Shown piece after piece: positions 13,311-26,760 of a DNA stretch of 62,102 nucleotides. The DNA lies in the NCBI GenBank assembly GCA_001938485.1, contig MQRK01220018.1, positions 1 to 62,102 on the forward strand, written 5' to 3'. Made by a program: the position numbers and the translations under genes. The number at the start of each line of letters is the position of its first letter. The first letter of the stretch is position 1. Below the pieces are notes generated by a model. That model searched no databases and was not told where the DNA came from. It worked only from the letters and a program-made list of their open reading frames with translations. The DNA is from Girardia tigrina (lineage: Eukaryota).

Positions 13311-13597
13311 AGGCTTGCTTCCGATGACAATACAATATTATAAAAAAAATTTTGAAAAAAAATAATTTTTTCTAATTTGTTTTGCAAAAAAACACTTACG
13401 ATTATCTACAAATTTATACACTGTATTAAATAGCAATCTTTTCATTTATTTTCATGAATGAAGTTTTATATAGGCTTTCTTCCGATGACAATACAATGTG
13501 ATAAAAGAAATTTTGAAAAAAAATAATTTTTTCTATTTTTTTTTGCAAAAAACCACTTACGATTATCTACAAATTTATACACTGTATTAAATAGCAA
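13311..13597. repeat. ~161-bp-period tandem duplication abutting the N-gap at 13598-13723
   Basis: AGGCTT..CTTCCGATGACAATACAAT...CACTTACGATTATCTACAAATTTATACACTGTATTAAATAGCAA occurs at about 13311 and about 13472. Confidence 0.8.
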
Positions 13598-13986
13598 NNN
13601 NNNNNNNNNNNNNNNNNNNNNNNNNNNNNNNNNNNNNNNNNNNNNNNNNNNNNNNNNNNNNNNNNNNNNNNNNNNNNNNNNNNNNNNNNNNNNNNNNNNN
13701 NNNNNNNNNNNNNNNNNNNNNNNCGATTGTTACTAAAAAGCAGTAAAGAGGAAATAGCAGTTACTAATAGCAGTAATTCAGAAATCCACCCCACGTTTTT
13801 GGTTAGGTATAAAATTTCTCACATGTCTAGAAAAAAATTATTATCCTCTTTTTAGTGCATTGGTAATGCTTGAAAAACGTGGTTGTTTTTATAAAAAAAA
13901 TTTTTTATTAATAATATTATTTTCTTTACATTTTTAATCGCCGTATGTTTGAATTGTTCATCATAATCTAAACATTATTTTCAATA

Positions 13987-14139
13987 TGTGAAGAATGTTT
14001 TGAATTATGTGTTGATATTGTGCAGTAGAATGTTGATTCGGATTGTGCCTCTCCTACACAGATGGATGATTGATATTTTCTTTGATTCATACTAATTAAA
14101 AATAATTTAATTTTAAAGTAAAAAGATTTTTAAATAATT
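13987..14139. repeat. Dispersed repeat; inverted copy at 51511-51668, degenerate copies near 8110, 17340, 52210 and 52870
   Basis: TGTTGATTCGGATTGTGCCTCTCCTACACAGATGGATGATTGATATTTTCTTTGATTC is matched on the opposite strand at about 51565-51625. Confidence 0.8.
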
Positions 14140-14717
14140 ATTGCATGTGTTATATATTTTTTAATGTAATTAAAAATTTTAATATATTAATTTAATATGT
14201 TCTATTTTTTAAAAAAAAATGTTTAGATTTAATTTTAACCAATTAGATTCTTTATAATTAATAATTGCTATTAACAGATTTTCATTTATTGAATTTAATT
14301 AGTTTGAAGGCAGAAAAAAATATTGATATCAAATAGTGAATGCGCTTGTAATATTAATAAATGTTGTAAACCTCACATTGATGTTGTTAATACAATAAAA
14401 AGTATTAATGAAGTTAGTCAACAAATTAATTCTGATAGAGCTGAGATTATTATTCCTGAAATTAACAAGCAGCTGTTCTAGCCTAATATTTATATAGTAA
14501 AAGTTAGTTGTTGGTGAAAAGTCTTTGAAGATGTACAACTAGCATAATATTATGCATAACATTATCATGGAACAAGACAATAAAAAATCACTTAAAAAGA
14601 ATAAAGGCCAAAATATACGAAAGAGGAAGACTCAGGCTATCCTCCCATGTTTCTTATATGTCAAACTATGTTAAAAGTTTACAACATTTTAAATCAATCT
14701 CTTCTTTCAATACCATT

Positions 14718-15154
14718 TGTTGCGCTCTGCTACTACAACCAAACAAAAGAAAAGACAATTCAATCAGAAAATAGACAATTGAATCAATCAACAAACAATT
14801 CAGTCTGTCAACAATCACACCAAATCAGAAAAAAATTTTCTTGTTTGACAAAAACATTTTTTTACTTTAAACAAAAAAATGTAATAATCTCAATGTCAAA
14901 TTGTTTAATTAAAAATAATTTTAATAGCTTAATGGGTTATTTTTGAATTCCAAAAAACAGAACCAATTTTCTTTAACTTTTAACCAACGAAATTATTTTT
15001 GTTGTTTGCACAATGAGCAAAGCCAACAGACCGACCTAGTGGTCTCGCACCGAATTACGCCTCCGCGAGACGAATAAACCCGGGAATGGACAGGTTGACT
15101 TTAATTTCACTACGGTCTACCCGCTTCGTCTTTCAGGAAGACCTGTAACCAACA
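14718..15154. mobile_element. Solo LTR (437 bp)
   Basis: TGTTG...CAACA termini with a 5-bp TSD CCATT/CCATC. A homologous copy lies at 29429-29825. Confidence 0.8.
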
Positions 15155-16343
15155 CCATCCTTTTTACAATTTATTTCTTGCAATAATATAATTCATTTAA
15201 ATAATCAGAATAAAGGTTGGTATTTTTCTATCAAATTTTTAAACTAATTTAATTTTAGTGTTTAGTAATGTAAATATTGTTTGGAAATTTTGTAAATATT
15301 GTTTAAAATAAAATAAATTAATTAAAAATAATAGAGGATTTCTATTATAATTTACTTTATAAAAATTAAATATTATGTATTATTTATATTTTATTAATAT
15401 TATTTATGAAATGAACTTTAAAATTAAAGTCCATTAAAATTAATTAAATTTAAAAGTGCAAGGCCTAGAGGCCAGAGTTCAAGATAGAATGATTTTTATC
15501 TTGATATGTATTGTATTGCAGTCAAAATAAAGTCCATTCTTAGTAAATAAGCGCTTAAAAAATAAAACTTGATTAATTTTTAAATCTGCTTGGTATGATT
15601 TTTATTTTTTTTATAAACTTGATAAAATTTTAAATCTGCTAGAAAGAAAGAATAAATTTTTAAAGGAATCTACATAGAAAGAAGAATAAATTTTAAAGAT
15701 CGAATTAAGAGATTACGAAGAGGAAGATTGTGCTATCGAGTTCGAGATCGAGAATTTAAATTGAATAAATGAATTTTTTTGCGGGAAAAATTTATATCGA
15801 GAAAATTATTCGAGGACGCGAAGCATTGTGAACGAAGAAAGAAATGGAACTGATCGATTGGAGAATTTAACGGATTTATTTAACGAGTGATTATAATCGT
15901 ATAATTAATATTTAAATTTCTTTAAATTTAAATTCAAATAAAATTATATTTTAAGCACCATAAAATTATTGTAAAATTGAAATTACTAATTGGAGATATC
16001 TGGTTAGTAAAGAATCAAATAAAATAGGAAAATTCTCATTTTTATTTATTCATATTTTTATTTCTGTAAAAATTGTATTAAAGAAATAAATCTTGTTTGA
16101 AAACAATTCTGTTGGTTTTTGATAATTGAAATTAATTTGAAGTAAAATTTTGTTGAATAATTAAACTTCTACGATCAAATTTTAGTTTTAAGCACCAGTT
16201 AATCTTAAATCTAAAGACCTTACCTTTCTCGGAACACCACCAAGAAAGGCGAACCAGAGAGAAATAAAAATAATTTTTGTTTGGTTTCCGAAAGTTTAAC
16301 ATTCTTCTCCGGAGACCCAACATTAGTGTACATGCTCAAAATC

Positions 16344-16344
<1 letters not shown>

Positions 16345-16389
<45 letters not shown>
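16345..16389. repeat. (TA)n microsatellite; others at about 39066-39117, 41650-41691, 49260-49283, 51779-51826, 51888-51921, 54000-54039 and 60981-61011; (TTA)n at about 54297-54325
   Basis: Read directly from the sequence. Confidence 0.95.
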
Positions 16390-16390
<1 letters not shown>

Positions 16391-16391
<1 letters not shown>

Positions 16392-16764
16392 GTTATGTTG
16401 GCCTGATGGTTGGCTGAGGACCGAAACCGAGTATCCCAGCCTGTGGTTACGAAGGACGGATCCTGCAACACGACGGAGACAAAGACAAAAGTCATCGAGT
16501 ACCGGAAATCTTCATGAGATATTTCGAGATTTCCGGTACTCGATGGCTTTCGAGATGTAACATGTGGGCCGCTTTCTTGCCACCTCGCTACTTCATACCG
16601 CGGTCCGACAACGAGGACAACCTTGACTGGCGGTTTTCTATGTGGTACCTTCGCTTCGGTTTGACTCCGTACGGATCTAATAGTTCTAATAGATCTAATA
16701 GATCTAATAAAAACATTCGATTCTTCTATTTCATGATAATTCTTGCGGTCATCGTAATTAACAA
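16391..16764 (+). mobile_element. LTR-like element with an internal long hairpin, adjacent to (TA)n
   Basis: TGTTATGTT start, AATAAA at about 16706, TTAACAACA end, GC-enriched body. Inverted repeat at 16493-16545. No TSD seen. Confidence 0.5.
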
Positions 16765-19039
16765 CAGTTTTAGAGCGACTCATACGCTATGTGAAATAAC
16801 GAAGAAGAGACATTTCAATATCGAGTAAAACCTCAAAAAACAGAAATTATATCACTAAGACGCTATTTCAAATTGTTGATAGCAAAAAATTTATTTACTT
16901 CAACTAAACACAAATTGTGTCCCAAATTTTTTATTTGTTCTATTGCTTTTCGGTTCATTTTCCCACTTCTTTTGTCGATTTTTCTTTTTATAATTGATAA
17001 TAAAGTTTTGTTATTGAAACGCTAAAAATTTTTTTAACAATGAAAAAGTTTTACTGATTTCAAGAAATTTAACAAAATGTGAAAAATTGATTAACATTAA
17101 AACTTTTTAATTTTGGATTTAATAATTTTTCTTTTGTGAATTAATTTTTTTTGAGAAAATTTTAACATAACGGTTATGTGTTATTTAGTGGTTCTTACAA
17201 CATCAAAATGTGTTATTCAGAATTGATATCATTGATTTTATGGATTATGGGGTAACATTTAAATGTATATTGTGAGGAATATTTTAAATTTGGTATGTTG
17301 AAATTGGTTTGTTGAATTTTGTATGTTGAGTTTAGTATTATGAAATGTGTTTCTCCCACCCATATAGAAAATTGATATTTTAGATGTTCACGATAGATAA
17401 TTATTCGAGTATAATTTACATTTTAAAGTACAGCATAAGATATTTAAAAAACATTAAAAATATTAAATCGTTTCAAATTTTCATATTAATATTTAAATAA
17501 AATAAATAGTTTTAACTAAGTTTTGAATTAAATAAATGTTCTTTCCTTCCATAAAATAATTTTTAAATAAAATTAATATGTAAATAAAATTAATACTAAA
17601 ATTACAAAATTTGAACTTTAAAAATAAAATCTGAAAATAATGAAAAATTTGTTCGAATAATTGTTTATTAAAAAACATTAACTAAAAGTTATCAATTTAG
17701 AACGATGTCGAATTACGAGAGTTTTGCTGAGAGTTGTCCAAAAGACAATTCTGACTGTATTGAAAATAAAAGTTCGAAAACCCATGTTGGTGTTCTTAAT
17801 ATATATAAACCAACCATGTTAGTAAGATAAGGCTGACAATTAAAATTTATATAATGGAACGTTCGCACTCATCAACATAATCTACAATCAAGTGACTGAT
17901 CTAATAGTAATTTCTACAATTGAAATGGTTATCCGTTAAAAGGGGTTGTAAATCGTTTTAAATAGTAATTTAAGTTATGATGTCAAACTATCTAAATAAG
18001 ATGGCTTTAATTCTTAAATTTTCGTAAAAAATATATTTTTCTTTTAGAGCGTAGACTAGAATCGTTATTTTTCTCTATATTTTATTCTTTTTTGTATATT
18101 TTCCTTTTGTAAATATAAAAATCAATATGATATGTTATTAAATTCATAAATACATTTGATTTATTTAAATTAAAAATTAGATAATTAAATTACAATATAT
18201 ACAATGTATGTCATACATATTATTTGTTATTTCGCAGTTAGTATATTTAATTTTCATATGATGCAAGGCTATTAATTTAATCACGATATTTTTTAAAAAC
18301 TTTAGTAAACATTTCATTTAACTTTTTCAACTTTTTAAATATTTACATTAAGTCACCAAACTAAAATGCATTAAATATTAATTTTAAAAAACAAAATTGT
18401 ACCAATGAAAATCAAAAATTTATGTTTTAAAAATAAAAAGCATATACAATCAAAATTTTATGCAAATTAAATTTTGAAAGACCGTAAATAAAGTTAATCG
18501 GTCAAAGGTTCAATTTCTTTTAATACATCAAATAACGTCATTACAAGCGGTCAACAGTTTGAGTTAATTTACAGAAATTTTCTGGTATTTATATATTTCT
18601 AATTTTCAATTTCATTTACGAAATGATTTAAACGATTTTTAGTTACATTTATTTAAAATAATTTCTTTTTAAAATTTAGTGAGATAATATTCACATTTCG
18701 ATAAAAACGTGAAATCAAAGATCGATTATTGATTCAAACAGAAAGTAATCGATTGTGATATCTGATGAGAGCCGTTTGTTCAAGAAACTGATTAAAAGAA
18801 GTTAATTATCTTCATATATTTATGTAGTAAAACATATCAATTTATTTATTCCCACTTTCGGAGGGTCAGATAAAAATAATATTAAAAATATGTTTGAAAG
18901 TAGGGTACATGTAGACTCGAAAACTATCGCGCTGATTAATTAAACAACGATTTACATCATTATACCTTAATCTTACATTATAATTGCTTACTTCTGAAAA
19001 TGGGAAATCCGGATTTGAACGACAAATATTGATTCATTC

Positions 19040-20105
19040 CGTGACCAGATTTTGGATCTCACTCTTTTTAGGTTAGGAAACGGATAATAATCACTGGGAG
19101 CCAAATCTGGTGAATACGGTGGATGATCAAGCAATTGGTACTTCAATTTATTCAATTTAGCCATCGTCAAACCACTTTTGCAAGCAGTTGCATTGTCTTG
19201 ATGAATAATGATTTTTTTTCTTGACCAAACCCTGTCTTTTATTACGAATTATTGTATCCAGTTGATCCAAAAATCTTGAGTAATATTCTAAGTTGACTGT
19301 TTTCCTTTTCTCAAGATAATCGATTAATAAAACACCTTTGTAATCCCAAAAAAAATGTTGCCATAACCTTCCCGGCTGATTGAACTGTTTTGCCTTCTTT
19401 GGTGCACTTCCACCAGCTTTAATCCATTGTTTTGACTGTTGTTTTGTTTCTGATGTATAATGGTGAATCTATGTTTTATCAACAGTTATGAAACTACGTT
19501 TAAAATCCACTTTATTTGTCTAAAATGATCCAAACAAGCTTGAGAATTTCTCATTTGAAAGTGTTTTTGACCGATTGTTAACAAATGTGGCACCAATCTT
19601 TCCCAAAGATTTTTCATATGTAATTCTTCATACAAAATAAATCCAACTAGATTTTTGAAATGTCCATGGCATCAGCTATTTCACGTACTTTGACACGCCG
19701 ATCATCTTACACCATATCATGAATTTCACGAACGATTTCTGGTGTTGTTCACTACATGGTTCATTTTCAATGCTTTTACGATCATGTTTAAATTCCGAAT
19801 TCCATTTTTTTACTGTGGTATACAAAATAGCACTTTCACGTTACATTACACATTCACCATATCAGTATGAATTTCTTCTCATATTAATCCTTTCATAAAT
19901 AAATATTCAAATATCACTCGATTCTTGAATTTATCCATTACTAAAAAATTCAATACCAAGTAAATTTTAAATGGCTTTTAACAAAGAAGGAAGTGACACA
20001 ATGAAATTTAACATGTGTTCATATGACATATGACATTCTAACATATCTATCATTTTGCAGTTTAAAGCGCCATATCTGTTTTAGGCTAAGAAATTTTCGG
20101 ACAGT
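19040..20105 (-). mobile_element. mariner transposon, decayed, 3'-truncated
   Basis: Minus-strand LLDHPPYSPDLAPSDYYPFPNLKR and IHQDNA. Upstream frameshifted segments resemble the WVPH / ITVD(E)T / SAGKVMA..FWD mariner motifs. The putative 5' end is at about 20105. Confidence 0.88.
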
Positions 20106-20727
20106 ATAATTTGTAATATAAGTTTTCTGAAACAGAAATTATGAAGTAAATAAATTACACAAGAAAACATAATTACTTATGTATTAAAGTACTAAAAGAA
20201 TGTAATGATAAAACAAAAGATTTAGAAGAAAAGTAAAAAAAATGAAACATTGAATCAGATAGGTTTAAAGGAAAAGGATTTTGAGTAATCGATTAATTAT
20301 TCTGATTAGGGAAAGCATCTTTTGCTATGACATTATTGTTTTTAAGAAGTAGAGATTAAAATGGATTGTTTTAATGGATAATGAAAATCATTGTTTTTAA
20401 TCAGAATAAATAAATTCTAATATTTTTTATTATTAATTTTAGTTTATATTTATTTTTTTTCTCATAATACTTATAATTTCTCATAATACTATCTTCATAA
20501 TTCTATATTTTTATATCAGAGTTCATTTGTTTAATCTTATAAAATAAGAATAATTGATTTAATAAAAAAATACGAAATAAGTGTTCATAGAGAAAAATAT
20601 AAAATATGCGACTATCCGAATGTCAGCTTTAAAAACATTTACATTATAATAAGCATAATTTTTAATGCAATTTCGGAAACCAAGCAGCCAGAAAACCGAA
20701 ACGGCCTGAATTCGGTTTGTAGCACTC

Positions 20728-21151
20728 CAGGCGCGTAGCCAGGGGGGGGTGATTGGGTGGATTTCCACCCCCTGATAAAATGCCCTAAAAATTGTTTAGA
20801 AAAATCATTACGAAAAACAAAACTTAGAGGAACGGGACCTCTCGTTTTCCCCCCAATTAAAATCCAATTGGGCGTTCCCATTTTAATCCACGTTTTCGGC
20901 CCTACTGGCGAGGCTGAAAACAAAGATTAATATAGAAAACCTTGATTGGATTTTAATCGGAAAGAAAAAAGCAGGTCCGAGGAACGTTTAAGGAGCTTAA
21001 GGATCGTTTAAGTTTAGAGGGTTAAAATCGGGAGACACCCCCACCCCTGAAAAAATTAAAACATAATTAGCCACCCCAATTATATTTAAGATTGCTAGAT
21101 CTTTCAGGAATTTTTTTCCACCCCCCCTCTGCAATCCTGGCTACGCCGCTG
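20728..21151. mobile_element. hAT-type MITE
   Basis: TIR CAGGCGCGTAGCCAGG / CCTGGCTACGCCGCTG with a perfect 8-bp TSD TAGCACTC (20720-20727 and 21152-21159). Confidence 0.92.
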
Positions 21152-21344
21152 TAGCACTCCAATCCTTAAAATTTTGTTATATGATAATCAAATAACATTT
21201 TTATTTTTTGATTTCAATAAAGTGTTAAAATAATTTTTTAATAAGCATTCTACATATAAATGGCGGAATTTATTGAATGTTTGGAATTTAAAATAAATTT
21301 TTAATAAATGATGGAAAATTATCTTTATTTATATCAAATAAGCT

Positions 21345-22400
21345 TCCTATGACTGAATGGATAACTGAGTATTGTAGAGACTACAGTACCAGCATTGGTG
21401 TACAGGGTAGTGAGTCATAGACTCTGTATCGCGTAGAAATCAAAAATAGACAATACAGAGCCTACTGACTTTTTCGCACGGCTTTAGATGCAAGATTGCG
21501 AGCTTTCAGTGCACGGGCACGCTTCGGTTTCACAGTCAGAAAGTACCAATCATGATCCCTCGTACCATGATGCTGTAGAGCTTTGACTATGTAAACACGT
21601 TTCGTACAATGAGTAAAGGGACTCCGAAATATCCCCACATCATTTGTATTACTTAACTGAAAGTCGAGAACCACCCTTGGAATCACTCCTGGATTCGTCT
21701 CCGCGGTACCGTCGATGGGCACTGACACATCATGCATCGTGATTTAGTTCGAAGATTTTGTACATCCTTCATCTGCATTATTTTGTAAATCACTAGTACC
21801 ACTGGTACTCCATTGGGTTCGGTGATCTATCAATAAATGTCTCTTTAACCATCCATCCGTTTGATATGTCTTGTGACAATTTTCCATGGGACATCTGAAA
21901 GGTTTGTCACCAATTTGACGCTGCGGCGTCGTGACCGTATGCACGTTTTTGATGTGTCTTCTTAGTTCCTTTTGTTCCACAAAAGCTTTGAAACAAGAAG
22001 GATACGTGCATTGCACTCTTTTGATACGCGATTGGAGCCTTTTCGGGTACTCTTTGCCTTGTTCAATCACTTCTGTCAGTTTTTCAGACACAGTTCATTT
22101 AATCAGGTGTTTGAATTTCTCGTAAGTGTCGATAATTCCTCTCTCATTCAAGTATTCCTGGTACTCGACCAGATCTTCTTGTCCGTCAAATATCCAGAGC
22201 ATATCGCGAGTGATACGCTCTTTCATCAACTGCTTTTACGGCTGCTGACTTTTCTATTTCCTGAGGTCATTTCAGAGTTTAATACTCTTTTAACCTCACA
22301 TACACCTTTTCGTTTATTGTACTCAAAGAATACAATACGCCGTTTCACCAGTACCACACGCACCTCGGGCAAACCAATTGACATATCCGTATTACGTATT
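21345..22400 (-). mobile_element. 5'-truncated RTE-like LINE: post-RT region plus C2H2 zinc-finger tail
   Basis: PEVRVVLVKRR..KRVLNSE..GNRK (RTE-like tail), followed by CTYPSCFKAFVEQKELRRHIKNVH, GDKPFRCPMENCHKTYQTDGWLKRHLLIDH and FRSPFTHCTKR..ALQHHGTRDH. Homologous to 45460-46000 and 41200-41649. Confidence 0.78.
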
Positions 22401-22799
22401 CTGTCAAATGAAATATCAAATATTTATATCAAATGAAATCTTTTTCTCTATCTCAAAATCGTTATTTACAATTTTGTATCAGCGTGAAATTTTTTTTATT
22501 GATATGTTATAAAAAATAAAATAAAATAAGGTATATAGATAATATGTAAAAAATTGTTCGATTGTATATTAATTAAAAAAATTACTAAATCTAAACTCGA
22601 AACGATTTGTTTAAATATGATGAGTGTTTGTAATTTTTTTTATTTGAATTGAATATATTTGAAATACAATTTTTTTGTCTCATCATTAAATCTGTATCTT
22701 TCTTTCTGAATTTGATTTTTCAAATCATTGGCAAAAAGTGTTGATTTTGACAAAAGAAAAAATAGATGATAAAATAGAATGCTTTAAGAAATTAATCGA

Positions 22800-23545
22800 C
22801 ATTTATAATAAAAAAAACAGAATTTCTAGAAAAATTGCTTTGGAGAAAAATGGTTAAACAGTCAACTGTATTGTTTTGAATATTTGTGTGAAAAGATTTG
22901 CTGAAGATATTTTCGCATGTGACGGTCAAATTCAAATTCACCATCAACGTATGAACTTAAATGAATATATTATGGGACTCAATCGACAGAATAATTATAT
23001 AATTCTTGAACTGATGAAAAACCGAGTTGATAATCCGTACTTGTCGGATGAAATCGAATGATCGACTGATATCGATAAATTTATTCAAAATGGCGAACCA
23101 ATGTTTCAATTGGCAACACCAAAAGAATCTACTGCGTAACCCTGCTGCTTCCGTCCGATTCTCGGAGCAACCTGACGGTCAGGCGGAACAACTCAAAGAC
23201 AAATACGTCATTCAAAAATAAAATTTTTCTACCGTGAAAATTCATACTATACAAACAAAATACAAACCAAAATACAATTGTAGCAAGTATAATGAAGAAA
23301 GTAGACGATCATATCGTAGATCGAAAAAATGTTATGGCAAGGTACAACAAGCGCCATAATGAAAACTTCGTAAAAGTCCATCCAAACCTTGTTTGTTTCT
23401 TGCCTGTTATCAAATCCCAATTCATTTGTTATTCAGGAAGACTTCGGTCTCTTATAGAAAACCAATCATCAATCAATATCACACAAGGATTTAAGCGCTC
23501 TACGATTCCCTTAGAATATATCGTATGGAAAATTGACAATTAACT
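22800..23545 (+). pseudogene. Possible MULE/Mutator-like transposase remnant
   Basis: KNVMARYNKRHNENFVKVHPNLVCFLPVIK resembles the NN..E.YN..LN..F...HPNL..F...IK C-terminal motif. Fragmented. Confidence 0.4.
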
Positions 23546-26500
23546 TTATGACCATATCATTATTAGTATGTTTACGATGCAAATGTACGAAAGTTTTGAC
23601 AAAGATTGTCTTGAGGACAATCAAAGTTGTTGTTTAAATAAAAATATAAAAAGTCAAATTGGTGTTCTTAATATTGAATATAATGCAAATAATATAAATA
23701 ATAAAAAGGAACAAGTATAGAATAAAATTATGAATGTTAAATTTTCTTTATCAATGACTGATTGGAAAATTACTTAGTATTGCGAACAAATAATTTTATC
23801 ATGTATTTCACAAACTGTTTCTTTAAAATTTTATTTCTAATCACATTTTATGTATAAAATATGAATTAACAAAAATATTTATAAAATAAAATCTAAAATA
23901 AAAAATAAAAAAAAATTAAAAATAAAAATTTATAAAATAAAATCTCACATTGACTAGAAATATTAATTTGAGTAATTTTATTCTTAGCATGACTCTTATT
24001 CTCTATCATTATATCATCTTGTAAATCTGGTAGTTATAGTTTCAGAATAATTATTTCTTCTAAAGAATTATGTGGTTCCCCGAATTTATTCGTCTCCTCA
24101 ACTTATTAATCTACCTTAAATAATTGAATAAGTAGCTCAGTTACCTGATCTTAAATTCTAGATTAATTTTAAGTGAAATTCAAAAAATAAGAATAAAATT
24201 CGTACCCCTACAAACGAATTTGTAAGTCGCGTTTATGTCATTGTCGTTATTTGGCATTTCGAAATCCAAAATTAAATTATCAATTTATTAAATTTTCTCT
24301 AAATTTAATTTATAAAATTTGTATTACAATTGTAAAATTTATTTATAAAATTTCATTATACAACTATTAAATTTTAATTTACAATAAGCTTTTTATTTTC
24401 AAAATTATTTCTTAAAAATATTATAAATTTTAATCCGTTTATTATTTATTTTTTAATTCTTATTTTAAAACTTTTATTAATCAGTTTCTTATTAACATAT
24501 ATCGATTTTAAATAATGTTAACTTATTTTTGGTTTTATATAATTATTTACTTTTTTTGGTTTTTTTTAAATAATTTTTATCTTTTTTAAATTTTATAAAC
24601 TTTATATATTTTTTATGTATTTATCTGATTTTTAAAAATTTTAAATTAAACAAAATCTATAAATTATTTGGTGAATTGAAAATTTAAACTAACTCATAAA
24701 ATGATTCTAGAAAAATGCTTGTCTTTTATTTGTCTTAATTCTTTATTTTTTTAATTTCATCCAAAAATTCTCTCTTAAAATTTGTTTTTTATAATATAAG
24801 GTTTTTGGTAATAAAATGATTTATTCATTTATGTGAAAAGAAAAAAAAATATCTTCCCTTTGAGAAGGTCATGGAAGATTATGAGGAAGATTTAAAAGAA
24901 AAATACTAAGTCCTTTTATGAGAGAAAAGTATTAACCTGAAAATCGTTATATTCAAATTTACAGGAACTTTTAAAGAACTATGTAATAACATCACAGAAC
25001 ACATACCGTATTTTTGGTGATTCTAGTAGTCTTGTATTTGGTTACGTTTAAGTGCTTTGTCTTTTTTGTGACATGTTATTTTGTCTTATGTCAAAATTTT
25101 GTTGTTGACAGTTTATTTTATTTTTTTTGTGTGACCTCTTTCTATTGGCGCGAGTATACGTGAGTTGTACATATTTTGTAAGCATGTATTGGCGTTTTGA
25201 ATGGCTCTCTGATATTTTTAGTTATGTAATTTCTTGATTTTTTATTTTTATTTTTACTTTTGGATAAACTGCTATTATAAAGATTTAAAAAGATTTATTT
25301 TATTTGTTTATTTAATTTTTATTTTTGATAATCCGTTGTTGCAAAGGTTTGTTTTTTTATTTACTTTATTTATTTTTTATGTTATTTTATTTAATAATTG
25401 CCATATGCAATTATGAATTTAAAAAATCAATTATCAATTGATTTTTAATTCATAGTTATTTAACTATTTACTTACCTCAAATGGCATTTCCGATTTATTT
25501 TGTCGAATAAAAAGAAAAAACAGATTCCGTCCAATTCTTTCTCTAAAGAATACTAACAAATTAGATCACTATCGACCTCTAATCCGGTTTCGAACTATTA
25601 GTATCAAAAGTTCGCTCATCTTGGTTATTTTTGACATTTTTATTAAAGCGAAGTATTTGCTAATTTGGTTTATCATTACGTTATTTGTTAAATATTCTCG
25701 AATGACTGTGAATTTTTTTTGTTGTTAAAAAAGAAATAAATTTTTCTCGTTAAAAGACAGTGGTTTAAACGTCTCGTTTTTAGCCCTGTACTAAATTCAC
25801 TCAATCAAGAGATCATTATTATCGTTAAAACCTCCAATTTGTATCTTAGATCAATGGACAAATTTGGGGTTTTACAAACTACTTTAAAGAAATATATATG
25901 TACAAATATCAAGACATCAATAGTACCAATAATGATTTAGTATTATAATAATAAAAAAATAATTAAGAAACTTATAATACTGAATTCTTATTGGCTATTA
26001 ATATGAGTTTTATTATTTTTATTAACCAATAATTGTTTTGTATTTCACAATCATTAAATAGAAGTCATTAGCATTTTATATTTTCACTAAAATTTGGACT
26101 TTTAAAGATTGGTTGTCTTTGAGTTTGGAATCTTTAAAATTTTATTTATCTTTGGATTAACTTTGAAGACGCCGGTAAAGTAAAATCCTATTGGTTTTTA
26201 ATTTATATTCTGAGTTATTAAAATTGTATTAATAATAAAAAGAACAAATGTTATTTATATATTTTTATCTTCATATTTTGAAAATATTAAAAAATTATTA
26301 ATATAGATAAAAATTTTAAATTGTTTATAAGAATTGTACTTTATTCTTCAATACATTTATCTCTTTCAAGATGTTTTTTTCGAAACTGAATTCAATATTG
26401 TTTTTATCTTCTAAGTTCGATTTTCCATTGTTTCATTTAAATGTTCAACTAAAATTTGAAAATGTTTCTCCAAGTTTCATTTTTAAAATTCAAAATGTTC

Positions 26501-26702
26501 TTTAGACTAACTCAAACGTTAGGATTAATTTTATTTATCTTTTACGATAAATATTTCCTCATCAAACTTGTAATATTTAAATAACATTTAAAACAATGTA
26601 CTCAATGTTTATTTTAAACAGAATTTTATTATTTTATCTTATTAGGATCCCTTAAATGTTTATAGCTTTAAGATTGCTTTATATGTTTATTAATTATTTA
26701 TT

Positions 26703-26760
26703 TACTAGCGCGCTCGGCCCGCTTCGCGGCCCTCTCTTGCCGGGGGTTCAATGTTATTAG
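26703..26760. mobile_element. Helitron/Helentron-like terminal hairpin region
   Basis: An isolated GC island, TACTAGCGCGCTCGGCCCGCTTCGCGGCCC: CTAG next to a short GC hairpin in AT-rich DNA. Confidence 0.4.

Noticed and set aside
16220-16828. ORFs of 187 and 104 aa as genes
   Set aside because: They run through a (TA)n microsatellite, a hairpin and short tandem repeats of an LTR-like element, and show no domain.
18762-18810. Hammerhead ribozyme CTGATGA-GAGC/GTTC-..GAAAC
   Set aside because: There are extra bases before GAAA, and stems I and III are weak.
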